Assembly: GCA_038874215.1 (NCBI GenBank)
Contig: JAVZCV010000002.1
Span: 1 to 64,000, forward strand
Direction of reading: 5' to 3'
DNA from: Candidatus Micrarchaeia archaeon
Lineage (GTDB): Archaea; Micrarchaeota; Micrarchaeia; Burarchaeales; JAVZCV01
DNA: 64,000 bases
Both the position numbers and the translations under genes were made by a program. Below the pieces are notes generated by a model that worked only from the letters and a program-made list of their open reading frames with translations, was not told where the DNA came from and searched no databases. Positions 38,719 through 48,263 of this stretch are shown here, one piece after another (positions within the stretch are counted from its first letter, which is position 1; each line of letters begins with the position of its first letter).

Positions 38719-40025
38719 AGCCCAAACGCCCCCAGTGCTTCATCCAGTCTTCTCATAAAAGCCTCAAGATTTTCTTTCTTTACGCTTGCACCAGCCGCCA
38801 TTTTATGCCCCCCACCGTTTCCAATTCCCTCGCATGCCTCAACCATGATCCTACCTAAATTAACACCCCTTTTGACTACTTCGCTGGATGCACGTGCAGA
38901 GACCTTAACGTTCCCCTCATCATCGTAAGCAAGGCCTATGACAGGTTTATCCTGCTTATACATCATGCCTGCAATGACACCGATTATTCCGTCCTCTATC
39001 TTGCCCCTGCCATCTATGATGTAGTACGCATCCCTTTCTTCGGTTGAAGATACGGCGAATTCTATTCCCTCCCTTAATTTTTTCCTGTAAATTCTCAGTA
39101 TAGCCCTCGCCTCATTCCGTGCCTTTTCGTCACCCATACAAAGCCGTATGCCTATCTCTGGCTTTTTGTTTCTGCCGCAGGCGTTTAGGAGCGTTGAAAA
39201 CTCATTCGCATCCCTCGTTTCCTCAGGCTCGTTCGGGAATTCGTAGACCTCCCCAACGAGTTCTCTCGCCTTCTCATCAAGACCGTGTGCGTACAGGTGT
39301 TTTACGAGTGCGGTTACAAAGCGAACCTTCTCATCCATGCTCAAATCCACATACCGCCTCCACTTTTCCCTCTTCTGCTCAATTCCAAGCATTTCAATGA
39401 AATCCCTGCATGCTTCAACATCCTCAGTCAGCCCAGGAAAATAATGGGAAGTTGAGTAGCACAAAAGCTCTGCTAAGGGCCTGTTGAATCGCCCGTAGAG
39501 CGTTAAATCCCTCTTTATTTCTATGAGCCCTGCCCTTTGCCCTTCCTCAAGTATTACCCTGTTCATTCCCCTTAGGGGATGTTGCATGTCCCCAACAGCA
39601 CCAACAACGGCGAGATGGGACATTTTGGCATCACCAAAAACACGATATGCGACCCCCGCTGCGCTCAACTCTTTGCCCCCATCTATCCCGAATTCATGCG
39701 GGTTTGCCTCAATGACGCCTATGCCATCGCCCTTCCTCTGATGATGGTCTATAACAACTATTCTCCTACCAGTTTTACCCAACAAATCCAAGACGCCGCT
39801 CCCCAAATCAACGAAAATAATCTCATCCTCAGATATCTCGCCCAATTCCTTCTCGCCAAGTTTTCTAACGGTCTTTACGCTGAATTCCTTGCCCATATCC
39901 CTAAGCCCAAGCAAAACTATCGCTGTTGAGGAGATGCCATCAGAATCGTAGTGGCCAACAACAAGCGGCCTCTCCATCTTTTCTATCTCCCGCCTGACAT
40001 TTTTGCATTTTTCCAGAAAATTCAT
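38709..40025 (-). CDS. recJ: RecJ/GAN-like DHH-family nuclease
   Basis: HYDSDG, DLG, DHH, GAVGD, NACGR, GGGH..AAG (DHHA1). Confidence 0.85.
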   Translation of the reverse strand: MNFLEKCKNVRREIEKMERPLVVGHYDSDGISSTAIVLLGLRDMGKEFSVKTVRKLGEKELGEISEDEIIFVDLGSGVLDLLGKTGRRIVVIDHHQRKGDGIGVIEANPHEFGIDGGKELSAAGVAYRVFGDAKMSHLAVVGAVGDMQHPLRGMNRVILEEGQRAGLIEIKRDLTLYGRFNRPLAELLCYSTSHYFPGLTEDVEACRDFIEMLGIEQKREKWRRYVDLSMDEKVRFVTALVKHLYAHGLDEKARELVGEVYEFPNEPEETRDANEFSTLLNACGRNKKPEIGIRLCMGDEKARNEARAILRIYRKKLREGIEFAVSSTEERDAYYIIDGRGKIEDGIIGVIAGMMYKQDKPVIGLAYDDEGNVKVSARASSEVVKRGVNLGRIMVEACEGIGNGGGHKMAAGASVKKENLEAFMRRLDEALGAFGLWT

Positions 40026-40074
40026 GGGTAAATTTTGAAAACAAGTTTTTTATCCCTCCCCTCATTATATTCTC

Positions 40075-40695
40075 ATGCAAAAGAAACTCGCCACTTCTTT
40101 CCTGTTTCTCATCAACCTTCTCTATTCCTACTCCTGCGCTGTTGAACCAAAAGCGTCCTTTGCCCACGAAGGCGAAACAGCCACGTTCTCCATCTTCTAT
40201 GAAAACATGACAATTGGCGAGATCATAACTCTCGTATGCAGGCCAAACTACTTCGCTTCCTGCAACACAAAGAATGCGAGCGGGCAGTGCGAAGCAAATT
40301 ACCGCTACTTTCCACAGGGAAGATTCTTTATCTATGCATCATCGCCTTTCACTTCATGCAACGCCACACTATCTGTAGCCTCAAAAAGGGATTCTATCCC
40401 ACCGATCGTAGATATAACGAATATAAGAAACGGCGATACGGTGTCTGGCATTACGCCCATAAACGCTGCTGCATACGATCAATCTGGTGTAAAGCGGGTT
40501 GATATACTGATAAATGGCATTCTCGTTAAATCATGCCCTTCAGATTCATGTGTTTATCTATGGAATACTACGGGGCTTCCCCCGCGCAACTACACGATAT
40601 CGGCAGTTGCATACGATTCCCAAAACAACAGCGCTGCAACAACCACAGTAGTCCGTACTGCGGAAGTGAAGGGATGCAGATGCGGGGCCACATAG
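40075..40695 (+). CDS. Secreted Ig-like domain protein
   Basis: Signal peptide; D..PP.V.I...G.TVSG, D.SGV..V, WNTT....Y.I.A.AYD bacterial Ig-like pattern. Confidence 0.75.
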   Translation: MQKKLATSFLFLINLLYSYSCAVEPKASFAHEGETATFSIFYENMTIGEIITLVCRPNYFASCNTKNASGQCEANYRYFPQGRFFIYASSPFTSCNATLSVASKRDSIPPIVDITNIRNGDTVSGITPINAAAYDQSGVKRVDILINGILVKSCPSDSCVYLWNTTGLPPRNYTISAVAYDSQNNSAATTTVVRTAEVKGCRCGAT

Positions 40696-40730
40696 CTACA
40701 TATATATAGGTCAAATGAATATACTTTCTT

Positions 40731-41279
40731 ATGAAGTTCTCACTCACTGAGACTGCTTTAATCGCCTTTTTCGCTTTTTTCATCATCTTTCTGGTGGTTG
40801 TTTTAACTTCAACCCCCCCAAAAAGCGTGGCCGCATACAAGCTCTACTCAATAAAACCCGACCTTGAATATACCTACATCGTTCTGTCAAAATCTAACTC
40901 ATCCCAAATTACCAAAATATCCCGCCACGTGCTGGGCGCAAGCGATGGCTACTGGATCATTGATACGAGTCTGGAGGGCGGTGAAAAAATTCGTACATGG
41001 GTAAGCAAAAGCACACTCGTCTGTGCGAAGGCAATCCTCATATTCGGAAGCAGGGAAAAGGAGGCAGTATGTCCTGAACCTTTTTATAACGAAGAACTGC
41101 TACACGGCGGCAGAGAAAAAATAAACTTCAGCATGGGCTCATTCGTAGCGGATGTGTACTCCTCAAAAGACGGCAAGCTTCGTTTCTGGCAGGTCCCAGA
41201 AATCCCTGTTCCAGTGAAAATAGACTTGGGAGAGAATATTCTTCTTCTTGAAAACTGTACACACCCCCCACATATTTAG
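40731..41279 (+). CDS. Membrane-anchored hypothetical protein
   Basis: N-terminal TM helix and beta-rich body. Confidence 0.6.
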   Translation: MKFSLTETALIAFFAFFIIFLVVVLTSTPPKSVAAYKLYSIKPDLEYTYIVLSKSNSSQITKISRHVLGASDGYWIIDTSLEGGEKIRTWVSKSTLVCAKAILIFGSREKEAVCPEPFYNEELLHGGREKINFSMGSFVADVYSSKDGKLRFWQVPEIPVPVKIDLGENILLLENCTHPPHI

Positions 41280-42568
41280 ACTGTATAACTCTCAAGGTTT
41301 GCTGGGACCACAACGTCATACCCATACTTCTCAAGACTCTCTTTAAGCTCGTATGGCTTTCTTTCATCTCCATGGACTATGAAGATTTTCTTGAGACCCC
41401 GTATACTCCTCGCGAAACTTACGAGCCCCTGCCTATCTGCGTGTGCGCTGAGCTCAAACTTTACAACCTCCATATTAACATTGATTTCATCCCCCCCGAT
41501 AATCACCCTCCTCTCCCCATCAAGCAGTTTCCTACCCAATGTTCCCTTTGCCTGATACCCCACAAGAGCGAGCGTGTTTTTCGGGTCCGCTGCGAGCGCT
41601 TTCAGATACCCCACAACAGGCCCCCCTGTGAGCATACCAGAACTTGCGACTATTATCCCTCCTTCCCCAAGCACGTCGCTCCTATCTTTTGTTTTGGGCA
41701 TCCTGAAAAATCTACTTTTGAAAGGATCATCGTCGCTCATGAGAATGCGGAGTTGTATCTCCCTCCGCGCGTATATCACGTTTTGCCTATATATCCTGTT
41801 TGCCTTTATTATCATCCCATCAACCCATATAGGCACCTTTTTTATTACCCCAGAACGCATGTAGCTTTCAAGAGTTATGAGAACCTCTTGCCCCCTCCCA
41901 ACCGCGAAAGATGGTATTAAGACTACTCCGCCCCTGCTTATAGTCCTGTTTATAGTTTCACAAAGTTTTGCAAATTCACTTTTTGCGGGAGGATGTTTAT
42001 CCTCAAAACCGCCATATGTGCTTTCAATTATCAGCGTATCCGCGCGTATACCAGTCTCAGCACCTTCAATGAGCCTTGAACCCTTAATCTCTATATCTGA
42101 AGTGTATAGGATGTTCTTATCCGCACTGAGCTTTATCATAGCCCCTCCAAGGATATGCCCAGACCTGCGGAATTCTGTTTTTATGCCCCCCCCAAACTTA
42201 GCGCCGTATTCCACGATCGCACAGCGGCGCATAACTTCTTCTATCTCCTTATCAGAAACTGCCTCCGGGTTTATTCTTCTATAATCAGCAAGAAGCAGAT
42301 GCATGAGATCCCGCGTAGGCTTTGTTGCATATATGCTCGCTTTGCAGCCTCTCCTCATGAGCATAGGTAGATAGCCCGCATGGTCTATATGGGCATGACT
42401 GACCACAACCCTCCGCGTTCTTTTTATAAGCCCATCGTCCAGAAGAGGATACTCTTCTCTCTCCCCCAACTTTATCCCACAGTCAAGCATAACCGCTGTT
42501 CTCTTTTCTTCTGCAAGGATGCAGCTTCTGCCTACTTCGCCCGCACCGCCTAAAAACGTGAGTTTCAT
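41276..42568 (-). CDS. MBL-fold beta-CASP ribonuclease (aCPSF-like, no KH domains)
   Basis: LGGAGEVGRSC, HAHIDH, GHILG, ESTYG, FAVGR.QE, SAHAD, VHGD. Confidence 0.93.
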   Translation of the reverse strand: MKLTFLGGAGEVGRSCILAEEKRTAVMLDCGIKLGEREEYPLLDDGLIKRTRRVVVSHAHIDHAGYLPMLMRRGCKASIYATKPTRDLMHLLLADYRRINPEAVSDKEIEEVMRRCAIVEYGAKFGGGIKTEFRRSGHILGGAMIKLSADKNILYTSDIEIKGSRLIEGAETGIRADTLIIESTYGGFEDKHPPAKSEFAKLCETINRTISRGGVVLIPSFAVGRGQEVLITLESYMRSGVIKKVPIWVDGMIIKANRIYRQNVIYARREIQLRILMSDDDPFKSRFFRMPKTKDRSDVLGEGGIIVASSGMLTGGPVVGYLKALAADPKNTLALVGYQAKGTLGRKLLDGERRVIIGGDEINVNMEVVKFELSAHADRQGLVSFARSIRGLKKIFIVHGDERKPYELKESLEKYGYDVVVPANLESYTV

Positions 42569-42618
42569 GCTCGTTTTTCTGTGCTCATCTTTATAAACCG
42601 TCAAGCATTATTCCTATC

Positions 42619-43251
42619 GTGGCAATCATAGATATCCCAAAAATCCCGCTCATTAAGGGAAACGGGAAGAAAGCACCCCGAGAGTGCGGCAAAAAAGAGG
42701 ACGAGCCACTGAAAAAAGTTGAGCGCATACTAAAAATCTACAAAGCAATAATAAGCCGTTACCGCGAGATGATAGAGGAGAAGGAAAAAAAGACAATACC
42801 AGAGCTCAAGATGCTCATCCAACCAGAAAATCCTGCGGTACTCTCTATATGCAACTCTATAAAAGCGAATTTCAGGCCCTATATATACAAAGAGCATTTT
42901 TTAAAAGCGGCCGAACTCTGCCATGACTTTGTGAAGGAGGAGATAGCGAACGAAGTTCTTCCCGTAGACTTCTGGATGAGGCCAGAAGAAATTCTTGAAA
43001 TAGGTGCTGCTGACGAAGTTGATAAGGCGATATTCCTCTGCTCCCTCCTGATAGCACTTGAGAACAAGAGCGCAAAGGTCCTTATTGAATCGGCCGAAGC
43101 AAAGCGTGCATTCGTAATTTTTGAGTTTGGTGGTGATTTTTACCTCATTGACCCAGTCCGTGGCGAAATTAAAAAAGGAAAACACGAGGATTTTGCAAAG
43201 AGCGGTTCATACGAATTCAACAACCAGGAATACAACGAACTCAGCGATTGA
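42619..43251 (+). CDS. Transglutaminase-like domain protein, apparently non-catalytic
   Basis: FW..P.E.L..GA.D..DKAI.LCSLL and F..IDP pattern. Confidence 0.6.
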   Translation: MAIIDIPKIPLIKGNGKKAPRECGKKEDEPLKKVERILKIYKAIISRYREMIEEKEKKTIPELKMLIQPENPAVLSICNSIKANFRPYIYKEHFLKAAELCHDFVKEEIANEVLPVDFWMRPEEILEIGAADEVDKAIFLCSLLIALENKSAKVLIESAEAKRAFVIFEFGGDFYLIDPVRGEIKKGKHEDFAKSGSYEFNNQEYNELSD

Positions 43252-43282
43252 AATATATACTTTTCTGTAAAAAAATTATCCC

Positions 43283-43459
43283 ATGTTTCGGTTAAATGAA
43301 AATAGGTGCATGTACTGCGGTTCATGTGTTGGCGTATGCCCGCAGCTTGCTCTCGTTCTTGACGAAGTGAAAATAAGGCATGATGCCAAAAGATGCATAG
43401 AATGTGGCATATGCATGCGCGCATGTCCGCTTTCAGCTATAACCGTGAAAAAAGAGTGA
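43283..43459 (+). CDS. 2x[4Fe-4S] ferredoxin (not in ORF track)
   Basis: MFRLNENRCMYCGSCVGVCP...CIECGICMRACP, two CxxCxxCxxxCP motifs. Confidence 0.95.
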   Translation: MFRLNENRCMYCGSCVGVCPQLALVLDEVKIRHDAKRCIECGICMRACPLSAITVKKE

Positions 43460-43463
43460 TAGC

Positions 43464-44669
43464 ATGCGCACATACGACATCGCAGTGGTCGGCGCTGGTC
43501 CTGCTGGTTCCTCTGCAGCAAGGGTTGCGGCAGAGGCGGGCGCAAAAGTAATCCTTATTGAGAGAAAAAAGGAGATAGGCAACCCAGTGCGCTGTGGGGA
43601 AGGAATAGGGAAGCACTGGCTTGATGAGATAGGTCTAAAAGTCCCTCCACGCGCGATATGTGCTGAGCTGAACGGCGCTATCCTTTTCGGCCCGAATATG
43701 AAATCAATAAAGATAAAAACAGACGAGACGAAGGGCTATGTTCTTGATAGGAATGTTTTTGATAGGGAGCTTGCGATTGATGCTGCAAGGGTGGGCGCAG
43801 AGATATTGGTGAAGGCGCAGGTTGTTGATATAGAAGGGAATACGCTCAAAGTCGCCCACATGGGGGAAAAGAATGAGATAAAGGCAAGTGTGATAATCGC
43901 GGCTGATGGTGGCGAGTCTGTCATTGCAAGGAAAGTTGGAATAAACTCTACCGCAACGCTTTACGATACAGACTTCGGGGTTGAGTACGAGATGGCGAAT
44001 GTTGAGTGCACGGACCTGATAGAAATATACTTCGGCAGAAGCGTTGCACCGCGCGGATACGTCTGGGTCTTTCCAAAAGGAAAAGACGTTGCGAACGTTG
44101 GTGTTGGTATCGGTGGCTTAGAACAACCAAACGCGATAAGCTACCTTGAAAAGTTCATAAAAGGCCATCCCGATAGGTTTAAGGATGCGCAGCCCGTTGC
44201 AGTCAAGGCTGGCGTAATACCTGTGGGTGCTCCTCTTGAAACTTTTGTCAAAGGCAATGTTATGGTTGTTGGTACAGCTGCACATCAGGTTGACCCGATA
44301 CACGGCGGCGGCATATGCCTTGCCATAGATGCAGGGCTGATGGCAGGCAAGGTTGCCGCAAAATGCATAAATGAAAAAAAGGTTAGCGAGTCTTCCTTAA
44401 AAGAATACGAGAAGATATGGAGAAGCAAAAGGGAAAGCAAGCATATGAAGAGGCTTGCACTAAGGAAGGCTGTTGAAAAGCTTGATGACGATGACTTCAA
44501 TGTTATATTCTCTTCTTTAGATGAGAATGATCTAGACCTTCTGTTGAAGGGAAACTACGCACCCGTGGTCCAGAAGGTGCTATTGAGAAGACCGCAACTC
44601 CTAAAAATACTCTCCCCACTTTCACAGTATGGTGCTGGGGAACTGATAAAGGCATTCAAGGATTGGTAG
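43464..44669 (+). CDS. Digeranylgeranylglycerophospholipid (geranylgeranyl) reductase
   Basis: GAGPAG, PVRCGE, PRGYVWVFPK, A.QVDP..GGGI. Confidence 0.92.
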   Translation: MRTYDIAVVGAGPAGSSAARVAAEAGAKVILIERKKEIGNPVRCGEGIGKHWLDEIGLKVPPRAICAELNGAILFGPNMKSIKIKTDETKGYVLDRNVFDRELAIDAARVGAEILVKAQVVDIEGNTLKVAHMGEKNEIKASVIIAADGGESVIARKVGINSTATLYDTDFGVEYEMANVECTDLIEIYFGRSVAPRGYVWVFPKGKDVANVGVGIGGLEQPNAISYLEKFIKGHPDRFKDAQPVAVKAGVIPVGAPLETFVKGNVMVVGTAAHQVDPIHGGGICLAIDAGLMAGKVAAKCINEKKVSESSLKEYEKIWRSKRESKHMKRLALRKAVEKLDDDDFNVIFSSLDENDLDLLLKGNYAPVVQKVLLRRPQLLKILSPLSQYGAGELIKAFKDW

Positions 44670-44676
44670 TGGTCCT

Positions 44677-44850
44677 ATGAATGAGTACACAAAATATGAA
44701 AAGGCAAGGTTGATAGGTGCAAGGGCATTGCAGATCGCGTTGGGGGCACCGCCGCTCATAGACTTGTCAGAGGGTTTAACGGACGCAGTGGCAATAGCGA
44801 TGAAGGAGTTTGAAAAAGGCGTCATACCCCTCGCCGTGATGAGGGAATAA
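44677..44850 (+). CDS. rpoK: RNA polymerase subunit Rpo6/K (not in ORF track)
   Basis: YTKYEKARLIGARALQIALGAP...IAMKEF..GVIP. Confidence 0.96.
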   Translation: MNEYTKYEKARLIGARALQIALGAPPLIDLSEGLTDAVAIAMKEFEKGVIPLAVMRE

Positions 44851-44962
44851 CGGTGCTTTTACGAGGCACTACTACTCTGTTCTTGAAAACAAAGAGCAGG
44901 CGAACTACCTGAAATCAAAAATCAAACCTGTTCTTGAGGAGAAGATAAGAAAAGCAAGAAAA

Positions 44963-45751
44963 ATGATTGAAAGCTGCGTTTTTTGTGAGCGCAAATGCAG
45001 AGCAAACAGACTTCACGAGAGAGGCTTCTGCGGCGTTTCTTATGATGCACGCGTCTCATCCGCTTTCATCCATATGGGTGAGGAGAGCATGCTAATTCCG
45101 TCAGGCACGATATTCTTCTCCGGTTGTAATTTTAGGTGCTGCTTCTGCCAGAATTACGACATAAGCCAAAACCCAAGCGCAGGTAGGGTGTGGACTGCTG
45201 AAGAAATCGCATCGTGGATTGAAAACATAAAAGCGAAAAACATAAACCTCGTAGGCGGCGAGCCAACGCCCAACCTCCACATCATCCTTGATGCACTTGC
45301 CCTTTGCAAAAGAAACATTCCAATAATATGGAACTCAAACATGTACATGTCTTTGGAGGCGATGGAACTCCTGAATGGAATCGTTGATTTATACCTCGCC
45401 GATTTCAAATACGGCAACAGCAAATGTGCTGAGAGGCTTTCATCGGCTCCCAACTACTTTGAGATCGTATCAAGAAACCACCTAATCGCACAAGAACAGT
45501 GCGATGTTCTCATACGGCATCTCGTCCTGCCTGGTCATTTAGAGTGCTGTTCTAGACCAACACTGAGATGGATCGTTGAAAACATGGATCCAGAAAAAAC
45601 ACACGTAAACATAATGAGGCAGTACAGGCCAGTTTACAAGGCGCATATGCACAAAGAAATAGACCGCCTTCTCTCGGGCGACGAGTACTGGTCTGTTGTA
45701 GAATATGCTGAGAGGCTTGGGCTTGAGAACTACGAAATACAAGGGTTATGA
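44963..45751 (+). CDS. Radical SAM protein, PflX/PFL-activase-like (true start possibly 44861)
   Basis: CERKC..NR, H.GEE, SGTIFFSGCNFRCCFCQN, GGEPTP, RHLVLPG. Confidence 0.88.
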   Translation: MIESCVFCERKCRANRLHERGFCGVSYDARVSSAFIHMGEESMLIPSGTIFFSGCNFRCCFCQNYDISQNPSAGRVWTAEEIASWIENIKAKNINLVGGEPTPNLHIILDALALCKRNIPIIWNSNMYMSLEAMELLNGIVDLYLADFKYGNSKCAERLSSAPNYFEIVSRNHLIAQEQCDVLIRHLVLPGHLECCSRPTLRWIVENMDPEKTHVNIMRQYRPVYKAHMHKEIDRLLSGDEYWSVVEYAERLGLENYEIQGL

Positions 45752-46459
45752 CTACGTGAAGGGTGCCTCTATCAGCACAATGCTTACATACTCATTTCTT
45801 CTTTCCAAAACAAGTCGGCTTTCCTTGTCTATGATGGCTTTTTCTGTCCTCGCACCGCCACGAGCGGTATTCATCGTTATTCTCACATCGTATGCACTCC
45901 GTCCTTTGAAAGTAATCTCTGTCGCTCCGTAGTCCACCACATCAACAAGCTCATTACCCAGCCTTTCATATTTTGTGGTGATGTTCACCTGCCAACGCCA
46001 TCCGTCATCAACGGCAAGCATCCATTCCTGAAAAAAATCAAGGCTTGTGTTTATAGGGACACCGCCAACATTTACGCCATCATATTTGCCATCCTCATAG
46101 ACACATGCCCAGAAGCTTACATTCTGCCCTTCACCCGTTAGCTTCCCGCTTATGGGAGTGCAAATACCCTTATCTAAAACATCAAACTCAACCCTGCTAC
46201 TGCTGTTCAGCACCCTCATCTCGTAGGCATAATGTCCTTTTGGGGGCGAAAACTTCGCAACTTTTTTAAGAGGCGCCATTTTTACCTCCATTTTTATTTC
46301 TTTTGAATAATCATACGGAAAAAGCAGGAAATACCCTACCGTTACTGCGATAAGGAGAAAAACGAAAATTGCCGGTATAAGAAGATCACGCCAGCCTATG
46401 CGGGAGAGTATTCCCTCCCTCTTCTTTTCTCCAGCTGGCTTTTCTACCTCCCCCATCAA
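45752..46459 (-). CDS. Membrane-anchored hypothetical protein
   Basis: 235 aa with one N-terminal TM. Confidence 0.6.
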   Translation of the reverse strand: MMGEVEKPAGEKKREGILSRIGWRDLLIPAIFVFLLIAVTVGYFLLFPYDYSKEIKMEVKMAPLKKVAKFSPPKGHYAYEMRVLNSSSRVEFDVLDKGICTPISGKLTGEGQNVSFWACVYEDGKYDGVNVGGVPINTSLDFFQEWMLAVDDGWRWQVNITTKYERLGNELVDVVDYGATEITFKGRSAYDVRITMNTARGGARTEKAIIDKESRLVLERRNEYVSIVLIEAPFT

Positions 46460-46995
46460 ATCCCTTTTGAAACAACAGGCGATTGCATCTTTTGTTTATT
46501 TATGAATTCCATAAGCGCAGGGGTGAGCATGACGCTGAAGAGGCAGTTGGACAGAAGATGCATGAGGGTGAAAGGAACTTGCGCCAAAGCCACATATTGC
46601 ATGTATCCAAGTAAACCGAAAGAAGCCGCAAATGCCACCATTGTTATAACATCATAAACGACCGTAAGGGTAATGGCAATAACAACCAGCTCCACACTTT
46701 TTCTAAAAGGCTTCGGCATGAATAGCCCATACAAGCCCGCCAAAAAGCCAACCACCCCATAAGCGATACTCGTATAAACCGTCCACGGCCCAATCCAGAG
46801 AAGATTGACATCATAGAGCGCCCTTATCGCAAGCCCACCTACAAAGCCCCCCATCGGGCCATATGCAAAGGCAACACTCAAAACGAAAGGCATGAGCATC
46901 TCAAAATTGGGCGGCGCTCCCGCAAATTTTAAGACTACGCCAAGAAATGCGCCAAAGAAAACAATACCCGCAGCCGATATTGCCCCCCTGTCCAT
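46456..46995 (-). CDS. ECF transporter S-component (CbrT-like, substrate uncertain)
   Basis: About 6 TM; PN motif after TM1, GPWT...AYG, PF...H..SN. Confidence 0.6.
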   Translation of the reverse strand: MDRGAISAAGIVFFGAFLGVVLKFAGAPPNFEMLMPFVLSVAFAYGPMGGFVGGLAIRALYDVNLLWIGPWTVYTSIAYGVVGFLAGLYGLFMPKPFRKSVELVVIAITLTVVYDVITMVAFAASFGLLGYMQYVALAQVPFTLMHLLSNCLFSVMLTPALMEFINKQKMQSPVVSKGI

Positions 46996-47054
46996 GCATC
47001 CCTATTATGCATTCGCATATTTAAAATCTACCCAATATATCCAACCGTGGTTCA

Positions 47055-47447
47055 ATGGGCTTCAAAATATCGCCTGCACCCGACGTAGAGGAAATGGCGA
47101 AGTCAATCGTAACAGTTCTTCCAGAATTTTCACATATAAACAACAGCCGTGTTTTCTATGTGCGGAGCACGGGCTCAAAAGCACGCGCATACGCAAGAAT
47201 ATGGGAACTTCCTTCAATATGGCAGAATGTCCTTAGCATAGGGCCGTACTACATAATTGAAGTCCTCTCACAGAATTTTGACAAACTGCCTGCTGAAGAA
47301 AAAACAAAAGTGATAATACACGAGCTTCTTCACATTCCCAAAACATTCAGCGGCTCAATAAAGCCCCATAGATGCTTCAAAGATAGGATAGACAGGAAAA
47401 TCGTCAATAGGCTTTATGAAAAATACGTTGCGCTACTTTCACAGTGA
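47055..47447 (+). CDS. Putative metallopeptidase
   Basis: RS.GS..RA.ARIW and HELLH zincin motif. Confidence 0.8.
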   Translation: MGFKISPAPDVEEMAKSIVTVLPEFSHINNSRVFYVRSTGSKARAYARIWELPSIWQNVLSIGPYYIIEVLSQNFDKLPAEEKTKVIIHELLHIPKTFSGSIKPHRCFKDRIDRKIVNRLYEKYVALLSQ

Positions 47448-47449
47448 AT

Positions 47450-48178
47450 TCACCTAAGTCGCTCAAAGCTCTCTGTTTCGTATACCTGTTCGTTTGGATA
47501 TATCGCGATGCCTTTTTCAGTAAACCTCATAGGGCATATTCTCTGCTCAAAATTCGTGCCCCTTAACTTTATCACTTCAAGCGCCCTCTGCCTTACATTT
47601 CCCTTCCGAAGATTATACAGATATATGAGACCATCCGTAAGCGTTTCCACCCCAAAGCGTGCGCGGGGTTGGCCCGCTTTGGTAGTGCTTTCAGAGGTCA
47701 TCACAATAGTGCAATTCCACCTCCTCAATTTTCCAAGAAGCCTAACGAGCTCCTCCCTCCTTCTGTGTTCTGTCTCATAAAGTAGAGCAAGGGATGTTAC
47801 CGAGTCTATCGCTACCCTTCTAACGCCGTGCTCGTCTATCGCATCCTTAATGAGTGTCTCCTGGTTTACGAACCTATCAACTTCCTGTGGCGGATACTCA
47901 TAAAAAAGCAACTTCTTCTGCTTTTCAAGCTCATGAAGGTTCCACCCATAGCCTTTAAGGTTGTCAAAAAGGTAATCCCTCTCTTCCTCAAAAGATACGT
48001 AGAGGCCTGGCTCGTTGTATCTTGTTATGCCCGCCCATATGAACTGCATGGCAAACGTTGTTTTGCCGCAACCACTATCCCCCGTAATCGTTATTATGCT
48101 ACCTCTCTTGAAGCCCCCACTTATTATTTCGTCAAGCCCAGGTATCCCTGTTTTTACCCTCTCATCACCCACCATCAT
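47450..48178 (-). CDS. KaiC/RAD55-family single-domain ATPase
   Basis: TGIPGLD, GDSGCGKT, SFEE, IDS, R.LEVIKLRG. Confidence 0.9.
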   Translation of the reverse strand: MMVGDERVKTGIPGLDEIISGGFKRGSIITITGDSGCGKTTFAMQFIWAGITRYNEPGLYVSFEEERDYLFDNLKGYGWNLHELEKQKKLLFYEYPPQEVDRFVNQETLIKDAIDEHGVRRVAIDSVTSLALLYETEHRRREELVRLLGKLRRWNCTIVMTSESTTKAGQPRARFGVETLTDGLIYLYNLRKGNVRQRALEVIKLRGTNFEQRICPMRFTEKGIAIYPNEQVYETESFERLR

Positions 48179-48263
48179 ACCACCTATCCTCATTCGGATA
48201 AACAGATATAAAAATGTTGGGAAACCGCCGCATCACAATAAGCAATTTCATAATGCACATAAA

